Position numbers and translations under genes: made by a program
Source of the DNA: a virus
Direction: 5' to 3' (one strand)
IMG/VR virus record: IMGVR_UViG_3300033153_006243
Span: 21,444-85,443 of that record
Length of the DNA: 64,000 nucleotides
The notes under the pieces: model-generated
What the model saw: only the letters and a program-made list of their open reading frames with translations
Told to the model about the DNA's origin: nothing
Databases searched by the model: none
Part shown: positions 37,201-44,672 of the stretch, piece by piece
Layout of the letters: each line of letters starts with the position of its first letter
How positions within the stretch are numbered: the first letter of the stretch is position 1

Positions 37201-38708
37201 GGGGAGTTACCCCTAGATTCTATTCGGAGGCGACCGCGGCGACTACGAACATTTTCTCCCTTCGCCTTGATGGGGAGCAGAGCCTTTGCGAGATAATGGA
37301 TCAGCTCTGCATCCTCGCCGGGGATTACGTTTGGGGCGTCGATGTAAGATGCCATTATGGAGGTAGCCCCGAATCTATTGTCTACGTTGAGCCGGTATTC
37401 TTCTTCCGTAAGAGATCGAGAGATGCCGGATACCCCGCAACTGCCTCCTTTGCCTTTGGAGATAGATCCTACCCGCTAACTAGCATCACCGAGACGGAAT
37501 CCCGCAGATACCTATATAACGAACTCGCCCTTGAGGGCGGGTATATGTACGGCGGGCTACCCTATGTCGTTCCCTATGCGAGAGTGTGGAGACATGCAGG
37601 GTCCATTGCTAAGTACGGCAAACGGCGAATCTCGATGTGCTTCCCGATGGCAAAGACCTATACCCAGGCGGAGCAGTATATCAACGAGTTCTTCTCTAAG
37701 TATTCCTTCCCCCACAAGTTCTACAGCGTTACTCAGATAGGATCGACGGAGCGGATACAGCCGTGGCGAATGGAATACTATATCAATGGGGACGGCGACT
37801 GGACGCCGGAGGGCGGCCACATTATGCTGAAGAACGAAAGCGGAGGGGTCGTCGGGGTCTACGAGTTCGACGAAAGTACCCTAAACATTCTAGGCCCCAC
37901 ATCTGTCTGGACGGTAGAGCTTGGTCCAAGGAATCCAAAGCTGAAATCCGGGATTTCCACCCTGACTACATCGGGCCTAGGTGGCTCCCTACATATCGGT
38001 CCTGATGTAAGCACCCAAGCCCGCAAGACACAAGAAGCCATTACCCAGGACGACTACGATACTCCATATAAGCCGGTTTACTTAGGATACGCCCAGGTAT
38101 TATCGGGGGATTACGACGCCGATCTGAAGGATTATCTCTATACCATCATGCCGATTCAGGATCCTACGGGCATAATTGGCGTGGAACCGGAACGGATGGG
38201 GGAGTCTATCTCCGGCGTACTCAATATCCAGAGCGTCCTAATCATGCCTTCAGTTGCGGGGCACGGGAACCTTTCATATAGCGCGAGGAAGATCGTTCCG
38301 GGAACGATAGTGAACTACTATCGCGGGTGGAACCCAATAAAGCGCTCTTCATATTACTATATCGCGGAGCAAGGCCAGAGGCTTGTTGCATACAGCATCA
38401 ACCCCGTGAATAAGGGGGTTGTATCCACATTCACGGTAACGGCGGATATCCCGCCAGAAAGCGCATTCTATAATGGGCTCCGGTACGACCATGTTGCTCC
38501 GACCGTACAGACGTTCATCCAGGGTGGTGAGAAGGAAGACTGGACCGTTTGGGCCTCCTGGACAATGGATGATAACCCGAAGCTTCACGTCCACGGAAGA
38601 ACCGTAGATAACCTTCCCCGCAGTACGGCTAGCCTAACTGTGGATCTCTGGTTCCTCGGCAATATTGAAAAGAGGAGCGACTGGGGATTCGCCTGGCCCA
38701 TACTATAA
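34281..38708 (+). CDS. Large tail tip/adhesin protein with three PKD domains
   Basis: Three W(S)WDFGD..P.H/Y.Y..G.Y.V.L repeats; hub-like C-terminal half. Confidence 0.85.
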   Translation: MADYRQSWFFYRISSAWMGLPMTFYGGYYHNPVQYGFLDAPTSYTLDDLGFLRTGGIHEWTYQKNSIPIFLRRDNCDNFTDGEVENYWTITNNGGSGIYETNSPVVATWPAWFYIAGSYGGGMRRQDAVGHDPMSTGHMWVDTFTHGEMIRNLNNNDTEFWVAARLCPRGGPTATTGTIGAWSIFNSDDYYTSGLFLFPDHDGGWGVNKRYNRIEIGLTYDSSIGGSNVGIWFAASAWDPDAGDDIRDHNVEEVLDTTDGPVEVMIQRRNISGITADWYVYYRIHGSVGGPNDWGAWQEADDAGVKAVIAAWGTAWTDPGRLDQSVTCYCGTYAYTQNAGLDNERAFFGRFQYGLNPSDPASNQLYLEDHLASEEIEFKEVLTGTPYAYWDMSTFDHTITNTLVTNVFGIEGSAKNDLVQFAYDIDNDNTPSYSAYKTLAQMQAEPDKHGKYFHLKAKLIDGAGAPTPYGGVVFPGSSDNEGEYSFFDYDASTTPEFGITTCVFKYGPDFTFEGSPTSGGPPLSVNFWPIIESSATVVSSWDFGDPDSGTLNYSMETTPTHVYNDYGVYSVALTCENPYTWTTVTRSDYITVIEPQITYAVDFEGSPTSGYTPLNVQFYETGSNKMAKAWSWDFGDGQTSANANPFHLYSEAGVYTVAMTGTSVDDDSDTETKVNYITVIDEGSPGPQPNFYYESSPIDSRGGIAPYHVHFYDASSNNPDTWSWDFDGDGVEDSTLQNPSYTYDSAGTYSVTLGVSRDGGSVNSFTWGNLINVESSWAPSVSDSYEYGFKIWHLPSASRYLEGGRHLISDNAVKHFSCSYLARGGLGGARLVLAKEWTNRASEAIEIGDPIALMKKNSSAYSEEAGYIQVWYYGYVSEISSDAGSDEVTYILEGPMGRLAGIYPGGNSDDDKTIFYKTHIYNIYTENPNDPRLLESSFVIDKNNIEDIVKDLYDRYLATLTFSENPNDLVYGARGVTPRFYSEATAATTNIFSLRLDGEQSLCEIMDQLCILAGDYVWGVDVRCHYGGSPESIVYVEPVFFFRKRSRDAGYPATASFAFGDRSYPLTSITETESRRYLYNELALEGGYMYGGLPYVVPYARVWRHAGSIAKYGKRRISMCFPMAKTYTQAEQYINEFFSKYSFPHKFYSVTQIGSTERIQPWRMEYYINGDGDWTPEGGHIMLKNESGGVVGVYEFDESTLNILGPTSVWTVELGPRNPKLKSGISTLTTSGLGGSLHIGPDVSTQARKTQEAITQDDYDTPYKPVYLGYAQVLSGDYDADLKDYLYTIMPIQDPTGIIGVEPERMGESISGVLNIQSVLIMPSVAGHGNLSYSARKIVPGTIVNYYRGWNPIKRSSYYYIAEQGQRLVAYSINPVNKGVVSTFTVTADIPPESAFYNGLRYDHVAPTVQTFIQGGEKEDWTVWASWTMDDNPKLHVHGRTVDNLPRSTASLTVDLWFLGNIEKRSDWGFAWPIL

Positions 38709-38754
38709 TAAGATTTTTCCTATCACGAATCCCTCTTTTTAGGGGTATAATAAT

Positions 38755-39132
38755 ATGAAGGCCGACGACATTGACGCCGCGGACTGCGAACGGATAGTAA
38801 GGCTCTTCCAGCCCCTAATGCTACTTTCCGACTGGAGAATTGAGGTTAAGGACGGGGAGACTAGCAAGGAGGAAAGGGCCGAGGCGTATATCAACGGAGG
38901 GGCTAAAAGCCTCCTAATCCGGGTATTCTCCGATTGCGAGGCTGGAAGAAATGAAATTATGGTTCCCGTTGAGGAGACTATCCTACACGAAATGCTTCAT
39001 GGGGTTCTTAATGATTTCTGTGAAAGCAGGGAACTTAAGGAAGATGATGAAGATTGGCTTTGCGACAGGTTCGCCGCTATTCTCTATAGGGTCTGGAGGA
39101 ACGCGGATCGCCTAACGGCCCAATCGGAGTAA
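38755..39132 (+). CDS. HExxH metallopeptidase-like protein
   Basis: TILHEMLH. Confidence 0.65.
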   Translation: MKADDIDAADCERIVRLFQPLMLLSDWRIEVKDGETSKEERAEAYINGGAKSLLIRVFSDCEAGRNEIMVPVEETILHEMLHGVLNDFCESRELKEDDEDWLCDRFAAILYRVWRNADRLTAQSE

Positions 39133-39137
39133 GCCTT

Positions 39138-40235
39138 ATGTTGTACCAAAAGGTCTGCGAATATTGCGGGGAGCCGTTTGAAACTAGGGAATACCGGAGA
39201 AGATACCACCCGGAATGCGCGAGGAAATATAAGCGGGAACGGGCAAAGGAACTTCGGCGGGAAGATAGGAGGAGGAATAAGCAGGAGTTCACCTGCTCCC
39301 TTTGTGGTAAGAAGTATACGATCTCGATGTTGGGGAAGAACCTCGACGACTACAAACGGGCATGTCCATCCTGCCGACCAAAGCTTGCTCATGAGAGTAA
39401 GAAGAAAAAGGAAGAAGAACTATTTAGGGAGCTTAAGGAAACCCAGGAATGGTATGACAAGTGGCCCGTCCTTGAAGGCGACTGGATAGTCTCTGCGGAT
39501 TTCCACGGCCACCGCCTCTTCCTCCCGATGCTAAAGAGGCTCATTACGATAGCCAAGAAGTTCGGGATACGGAACCTGCTCATCAACGGCGACCTCTTTG
39601 ACGTGAATACCCTACAGCATTACGATATCTACGTCAAGGACTCCAACGTCCATAAGGAGATGGTGGCGGTTAGGAAGGTCATCGAGATTATCTTTATGCA
39701 TTTCGACCGGGTAATCTGGACGATGGGAAACCACGACCTACGACTCCTTCGGGTAATGCAATTCGAGGTTACGCCGGAAGACTTAGGCAGACGGATATGT
39801 GATAAGATGGATTCCGGGGAGCTCCAGGCTTCGCTCTATCCCTACGCGGTAATCAAGGGGAAGTTCGGGGACTACCGAATCACCCACCCGAATTCCTATG
39901 GAAATAGGACGGGAACCGTACCTAGAGCCTTATGCCATAAGTACCACAAGCACTGTATCGTTACCCACGGGCATCATGGGGGGATGGAATGGGATGATAG
40001 CGGCGACTACATGGCGATAGACCTTGGGGCGATGACCCATCATCAGCTTCATCCCTACATAATGTTCAGCGATACGACGCATAAGAGATGGAATCGGGAC
40101 TTCGGGATGGTCTACCGGGGGTCCTGGTATAGATTCACCGATCATCCCGCAGCGACCGATTGGGACTTCTGGCTAAAGGCGGTTGACCCGCGCAAGCTGG
40201 AGGGGAGAGAGAGAAAAGAGGAGATGCCCATTTGA
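39138..40235 (+). CDS. Calcineurin-like metallophosphoesterase with N-terminal zinc fingers
   Basis: ADFH, NGDLFD, GNHD, THGH; CEYC, CSLC, CPSC. Confidence 0.85.
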   Translation: MLYQKVCEYCGEPFETREYRRRYHPECARKYKRERAKELRREDRRRNKQEFTCSLCGKKYTISMLGKNLDDYKRACPSCRPKLAHESKKKKEEELFRELKETQEWYDKWPVLEGDWIVSADFHGHRLFLPMLKRLITIAKKFGIRNLLINGDLFDVNTLQHYDIYVKDSNVHKEMVAVRKVIEIIFMHFDRVIWTMGNHDLRLLRVMQFEVTPEDLGRRICDKMDSGELQASLYPYAVIKGKFGDYRITHPNSYGNRTGTVPRALCHKYHKHCIVTHGHHGGMEWDDSGDYMAIDLGAMTHHQLHPYIMFSDTTHKRWNRDFGMVYRGSWYRFTDHPAATDWDFWLKAVDPRKLEGRERKEEMPI

Positions 40236-40260
40236 CTTTTCTTTACAAATGGGGTATAAT
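40232..40260 (+). promoter_or_regulatory. Sigma70-type promoter of the tRNA operon
   Basis: TTGACT-17-TATAAT. Confidence 0.85.
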
Positions 40261-40269
40261 GATAGAACG

Positions 40270-40410
40270 TTGGGGGCAGTATCCGCCCCTAAGCCGGGCC
40301 GCTAGGCGAGGATACTTCGCCGAGTGCCGTAGGTCAATCGGCCTGTGACGGCGGGTTATACGATTGGCACGACGAACCTTCTGCGGAAGGGGATGGCCGG
40401 TGGCCCGGTT
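40270..40410 (+). ncRNA. Unassigned structured RNA with complementary hairpin loops
   Basis: Loops AGTATCC and GGATACT; 12-bp closing stem 40292-40303/40399-40410. Confidence 0.7.
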
Positions 40411-40419
40411 ATAAAATTC

Positions 40420-40493
40420 GCCGGAGTAGCTCAACTAGGTAGAGCAGTCGCCTTGTAAGCGAAACGTTGAGGGTTCAATTCCTTCCTCCGGCC
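40420..40493 (+). tRNA. tRNA-Thr(TGT)
   Basis: GCCGGAG/CTCCGGC; loop CTTGTAA. Confidence 0.92.
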
Positions 40494-40496
40494 CCT

Positions 40497-40760
40497 ATGA
40501 AATTCAAAATCTACGGCAGGGAATCCTGTCCCAAATGCCAATCTACCCGGCGTAAGATTTTCCACCTGCTCAAGCGGATAGGAATAGAGGCGGCGATATC
40601 CTATATCGAGATGGATACGGTGGATGGGATGGCGGAGGCGATGTGGGACGATGCCTATGAAGTACCTACTACGATCCTCTCGCTTGGCGGGGCGGAGATA
40701 TCCCGATGGAACGGACGGATTCCTAAGTCCGATGAATTGATTAAGGCGATGGGGGAATAG
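40497..40760 (+). CDS. Glutaredoxin/thioredoxin-like protein
   Basis: YGRESCPKC..VPT; start ATG 40497 after the tRNA. Confidence 0.8.
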   Translation: MKFKIYGRESCPKCQSTRRKIFHLLKRIGIEAAISYIEMDTVDGMAEAMWDDAYEVPTTILSLGGAEISRWNGRIPKSDELIKAMGE

Positions 40761-40824
40761 CTCTAATTGGGAGAGCGGCTGGTTTGCACCCAGTATGTTC
40801 GGGATTCGATTTCCCGTTCCTCCA
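40751..40824 (+). tRNA. tRNA-Ala(TGC)
   Basis: G3:U70 acceptor; loop TTTGCAC; overlaps the glutaredoxin stop. Confidence 0.9.
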
Positions 40825-40830
40825 CAATAT

Positions 40831-40913
40831 GCGGGTGTAGTCTTTAGGACGTCAAGAGACTAGGGCATTGCGCAATGCCTGAGTGGAAAATCAAATCTCC
40901 TCCACCCGCTCCA
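40831..40913 (+). ncRNA. Aberrant tRNA-Gly-like RNA with encoded CCA
   Basis: GCGGGTG/CACCCGC-T-CCA; 8-nt loop TTGCGCAA; no TTCG T-loop. Confidence 0.6.
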
Positions 40914-40919
40914 ATTTTT

Positions 40920-40991
40920 AGCATCGTAGCGCAACGGTAGCGCAGCTCCCTGTTAAGGAGATGATTGGAAGTTCGAATCTTCCCGATGCTG
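40920..40991 (+). tRNA. tRNA-Asn(GTT)
   Basis: AGCATCG/CGATGCT; loop CTGTTAA. Confidence 0.92.
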
Positions 40992-40996
40992 CTGAC

Positions 40997-41070
40997 GGTT
41001 ACGTAGACTGGCGAAGTAAGTCACTTTCCTGTCAAGGAGGAGATCGCGGATTCAAATTCCGCCGTAACCG
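40997..41070 (+). tRNA. tRNA-Asp(GTC)
   Basis: GGTTACG/CGTAACC; loop CTGTCAA. Confidence 0.85.
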
Positions 41071-41078
41071 CCTTTAAT

Positions 41079-41149
41079 TGCGGAGTGGAGCACTGGAGGC
41101 TCATGGGTCTCATACGCCCATTAAGGAGGTTCGATTCCTCCCTCCGCTA
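41079..41149 (+). tRNA. tRNA-Met(CAT), initiator-like
   Basis: 1:72 mismatch; loop CTCATAC. Confidence 0.85.
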
Positions 41150-41203
41150 CTATGGGGGCCCGGCTGTGACCCAGGAGATGGGAGTTCAATTCTCCCCATC
41201 CAG
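41150..41203 (+). pseudogene. tRNA-His(GTG) 3' remnant
   Basis: CTGTGAC loop and GGGAG-TTCAATT-CTCCC T-arm; no D-arm or matching 5' acceptor. Confidence 0.55.
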
Positions 41204-41328
41204 ACTCGATAGTATCATTACCAGATATACATTAGTGGATAGGTTTTTATCAAGGTAGTATATGTCCTTTACCAGAGGTAAGGGACCCACAAAGGCTTCT
41301 GCCGCTGAGCCGTATCGGCGGCATACTA

Positions 41329-41399
41329 GCGGAGCTGGTGTAATGGTAGCATCCTTGCCTTCCAAGCAAAGGGTGGGGGTTCGAATCCCCCGTTCCGCT
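41329..41399 (+). tRNA. tRNA-Gly(TCC)
   Basis: GCGGAGC/GTTCCGC; loop CTTCCAA. Confidence 0.92.
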
Positions 41400-41405
41400 C
41401 CTATT

Positions 41406-41479
41406 AGGTTTTTGATATAGTAATAACACGGTAGGTTCTAACCCCGTAGCCGGGAGCTCAATTCCTATAAGGTCTGCCA
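41406..41479 (+). pseudogene. Decayed Gln-type tRNA with CTA anticodon
   Basis: Standard tRNA spacing ending in GCCA; loop TTCTAAC; D- and T-stems mismatched. Confidence 0.6.
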
Positions 41480-41702
41480 ACTTAGGAGAACAAGGGAATG
41501 GAAAAGAAATGGGAAGAAGATTCTAGTGGGGTCGGGAAACTTGCAGCAAGAATAGCGGTAAGGAAATTAAAAATAATGCTAAAGGTTTTTCAAAAGGAGG
41601 CTAAAGAAAAAGAACAGGTGAGTAGTGCAATAGGCAAACATACCAACATATAATCGATTCCTCTAGGGCCTGCCGACTTAGGAGAACAAGGGAATGGAAA
41701 AG
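41461..41702 (+). repeat. 46-bp direct repeat pair (41461-41506 and 41657-41702)
   Basis: ATTCCT.TA.GG.CTGCC.ACTTAGGAGAACAAGGGAATGGAAAAG twice, 4 mismatches. Confidence 0.9.
41498..41653 (+). CDS. 51-aa hypothetical protein between the repeats
   Basis: MEKKWEEDSSG..HTNI*, using the duplicated RBS and ATG. Confidence 0.55.
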   Translation: MEKKWEEDSSGVGKLAARIAVRKLKIMLKVFQKEAKEKEQVSSAIGKHTNI

Positions 41703-42599
41703 CCCCACGGGATTATGTTCCACCATTTCCACGGGGGAGAGCATCCGAAGCAGCAAGGATCCATTTCGGAATCCGAATTCAACGGCCTACTCGATTTCTA
41801 TTCCAGGGATCACGCCATCCTCAGCGCGGATGAATGGAAAAGACGGGCGTTCTGTCAAACGCTCAACGAGAATGATGTCTGCCTTACCTTCGACGATGGA
41901 CTCCGGTGCCAGTACGACCTCGCGCTCCCCATTCTAAAGGATAGAGGGCTTACGACGTTCTGGTTTGTCTATACCGGGGAGCCGTGGGTAGAAATATACC
42001 GTAGGTTTCGGCATGAATTCTTCGATTCCATTGATAACTTCTACGCCGAATTCTATCGGCAGGCGAAGCTACAAGGGCTTGGAAATCTGTTCGACCGGAT
42101 ACCCATGCCCCTTAACTACCTTTCGGAATATAAGTTCTATTCGGATTCCGATAGACGATTCCGCTGGGTTCGGGATAGGGTTCTAAGCAAAGAACAGTTC
42201 GGTAGGATCATGCGCTCCTTAATGAATAGTAAAGATACAGACCCCGTAAAGCTAGCGGAGGGCCTAATAATGGGCGCAGAAGAATTCCAGGAATTGGTGA
42301 ATAGTGGGAACGTCGTCGGGCTCCATTCCCATAATCACCCGACGAACATGGCAGAGTTAGGCGAGAGGGAGCAGCTCAAGGAATACTATTTCAATCAATC
42401 CCACATCCTCGGCGCGACGGGGATTCTAGCAGACTCTATGTCCCATCCAAGCAATAGTTATAGCGAGAAAACCCTACGGCTCCTAAAAGCAATCGAAATA
42501 TCGCTAGGCTTCCGGGCGAACATGGAGGATGGGTACGGTTCTCTCTTGGAGATGCCGAGAGAGGATCATGCGAACATAATGAGGAGGATGAGGGAATAA
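41694..42599 (+). CDS. Polysaccharide deacetylase (CE4/NodB-like)
   Basis: LTFDDG; GLHSHNH. Confidence 0.9.
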   Translation: MEKPHGIMFHHFHGGEHPKQQGSISESEFNGLLDFYSRDHAILSADEWKRRAFCQTLNENDVCLTFDDGLRCQYDLALPILKDRGLTTFWFVYTGEPWVEIYRRFRHEFFDSIDNFYAEFYRQAKLQGLGNLFDRIPMPLNYLSEYKFYSDSDRRFRWVRDRVLSKEQFGRIMRSLMNSKDTDPVKLAEGLIMGAEEFQELVNSGNVVGLHSHNHPTNMAELGEREQLKEYYFNQSHILGATGILADSMSHPSNSYSEKTLRLLKAIEISLGFRANMEDGYGSLLEMPREDHANIMRRMRE

Positions 42600-43393
42600 G
42601 GATTACGGTGTTCACCGGGAACCAGCCGAGACATATCGCCCTAATCGAGAGGCTTGCGGAGAACCATAGGATATTCGTAGTGCAGGAGGTTACTACCCTC
42701 TTCCCCGGCTACGTTGAGGATTTCTATTGCAAGTCAAAAGCAATGCAAGAATATTTCGGTTATGTCCGCAGAGCTGAGCGGGAAATTTTCGGCCTTCCCC
42801 GCCTCCTTCCCGCCGGGGTTCGGGGGATTGCGATAAAGGCGGGGGATTTGAGGCTGATAGACCCCGACTACATCGATAGCGCCCTAGAATCGGATTTTTA
42901 TATTGTCTTCGGGAGCAGCCTAATCAAGGGCTGGCTCCTTACGTTTCTCCAGGATCATTACGCAATTAACATTCACATGGGGATAGCGCCGCAGTATCGG
43001 GGGAGTTCCTGCAATTTCTGGGCGCTATACGACAGACACCCCGAACTGGTAGGTGCGACGATACAAACCCTAGCAAAAAAGGTAGACGAGGGGGAGATTC
43101 TTTTTCACGCACTACCCGCAGTTGAGGAGGTAAACCCGTTCGTCCTCGGAATGAAGAGCGTCATGGCGGCGCACATTGGGCTAACAAAAGCTATTAAAGG
43201 CGGGGAGATATTCAAAATGGAACCCGTTAGGCAGGACCTAAGTAAGACAATCCGGGTCACACGAAATAGGGACTTCACCGACAAAGTTGCCGAAGACTAT
43301 CTACTCCTTAGCCCCCGATTTACTAATGGCGATCACGAGAAGGTACACAATAGGGCAATAGGCGATTTCGTCCGGCCTTTTATTCTAAATTAG
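42596..43393 (+). CDS. Formyltransferase-fold protein (possible ATA start; GTG 42608 is the alternative)
   Basis: INIHMGIAPQYRG..GATI..VDEGEIL. Confidence 0.85.
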   Translation: MRITVFTGNQPRHIALIERLAENHRIFVVQEVTTLFPGYVEDFYCKSKAMQEYFGYVRRAEREIFGLPRLLPAGVRGIAIKAGDLRLIDPDYIDSALESDFYIVFGSSLIKGWLLTFLQDHYAINIHMGIAPQYRGSSCNFWALYDRHPELVGATIQTLAKKVDEGEILFHALPAVEEVNPFVLGMKSVMAAHIGLTKAIKGGEIFKMEPVRQDLSKTIRVTRNRDFTDKVAEDYLLLSPRFTNGDHEKVHNRAIGDFVRPFILN

Positions 43394-43395
43394 AT

Positions 43396-43470
43396 ATGGA
43401 CGTAGCGCAGTTTAGTCAGCGCACCTGCCTTGGAAGCAGGGGGTCGGAGGTTCGAATCCTCCCGTCCATA
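43396..43470 (+). tRNA. tRNA-Pro(TGG)
   Basis: ATGGACG/CGTCCAT; CCTGC-CTTGGAA-GCAGG. Confidence 0.92.
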
Positions 43471-43507
43471 CGAAAGAGGCCCCTTTGGTTCTCCGAATAC
43501 TTTCCTT

Positions 43508-43816
43508 TCATCTCAACAGGTAGAACCCTACGATCATCAGCGCAACCCCAGCCCACTGTCTCATCCCGAACTCCGCAGCAACTCCAAGGTGAACGAGCAT
43601 CAAGTTATGGCCAAACAGCATTAAGGAATCGTAAAGCAGGCCATCTCTTACAAGGTTCTTCGAGAAGTAGCTGACGACGGTCCATAAGCTAATCATCCCG
43701 CAGAGGATCATAAAGGCGAACCACCTGCCCCCGTAGAGATTGTTCTGCCGCGAAAGCCAGGCGTAGAATCCGTAGTAGATAAGAACCGGCGGAACCCACC
43801 AGAGCTGACGAAGCAT
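43508..43816 (-). CDS. Small four-TM membrane protein (SMR/DMT-like)
   Basis: Four hydrophobic segments; QWAGVALMIVG. Confidence 0.65.
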   Translation of the reverse strand: MLRQLWWVPPVLIYYGFYAWLSRQNNLYGGRWFAFMILCGMISLWTVVSYFSKNLVRDGLLYDSLMLFGHNLMLVHLGVAAEFGMRQWAGVALMIVGFYLLR

Positions 43817-44201
43817 TTCCTACTTCTCCCTTCTTCGCCTTGGCATATGTACCATGTAGTGCTTCTTTTACTTCCGCCGACGACGGAATCTACGTAGACT
43901 TCTAACTTCGGCTTTCATTTGCTTGCCTCATCCGCTCTAGGTTTCTTGGGCATGGGTTACTCCTTTCTGTGCCCGATAAGCAGATGCGCAATGAATAGTA
44001 GCCAAAGAAGCATAATAGCGATTTCATGTCTCAACACTTCCTTCCTCCTTTCAGGGTATCCAGCCCAGCCCTCTAGCTACAAACGCGGCTACCAGGGCTC
44101 CGGTGCAGATTGCTAGGAGTAGGTCATTCAGGAATTGGAGCACGAGATTTCCCTCCTTGCGCCCAGGGTGCGGTTAGCCAACGGTATCATTTCTCTTCCT
44201 T

Positions 44202-44672
44202 TCATAACGTCAGTAGCGCTTCCCTAAGCTCCATCTCTATCTTAACCATTTCCCTCCGTGAGATACCAAGCATATCCCTCATCGTTGTCCTAATCGTCTT
44301 CGTTCTTTTCGTCCCCCTTGTTCCCGCCCATTCATTCATCGTCTTAGCCGTATGGAGAACCTTTCGGGCGATAGGGGATAGGTCCACTTCCGCCAGCCAC
44401 TTTTGCTCCCATATCCCTTCCAGGATTTCGCAGTCCTCATCAGAGGTCCGGGGCAGCCTCATGCTCTTCTGCCTTAGCTTCTGCTTCAGGAGAAATACGA
44501 GAAACGTAGTGAACTTCGCCCCCCGGTTCTCGTCAAACTTCTGCCCGGCTAGGAGATAGATAAGCACTCCCTCCTGGATAAGGTCCTCCACCTCAAGCAG
44601 GGAGGGAAAGGCGGCGACCTCTACGGCCTCCTTGACTATCAGGCCCATTACTTCGTCAAGGGTCGGTATCAT
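44202..44672 (-). CDS. Sigma70 region-2-like phage sigma factor
   Basis: EDLIQEG..KFDENRGAKFTTF. Confidence 0.75.
   Translation of the reverse strand: MIPTLDEVMGLIVKEAVEVAAFPSLLEVEDLIQEGVLIYLLAGQKFDENRGAKFTTFLVFLLKQKLRQKSMRLPRTSDEDCEILEGIWEQKWLAEVDLSPIARKVLHTAKTMNEWAGTRGTKRTKTIRTTMRDMLGISRREMVKIEMELREALLTL

Noticed and set aside
41208-41290. Hairpin or HDV-like ribozyme between tRNAs
   Set aside because: Only fragmentary similarity; the required helices could not be built
41406-41479. Genome-wide TAG recoding
   Set aside because: Conserved genes are intact under code 11 and several end cleanly at TAG (18393, 28905, 40760)
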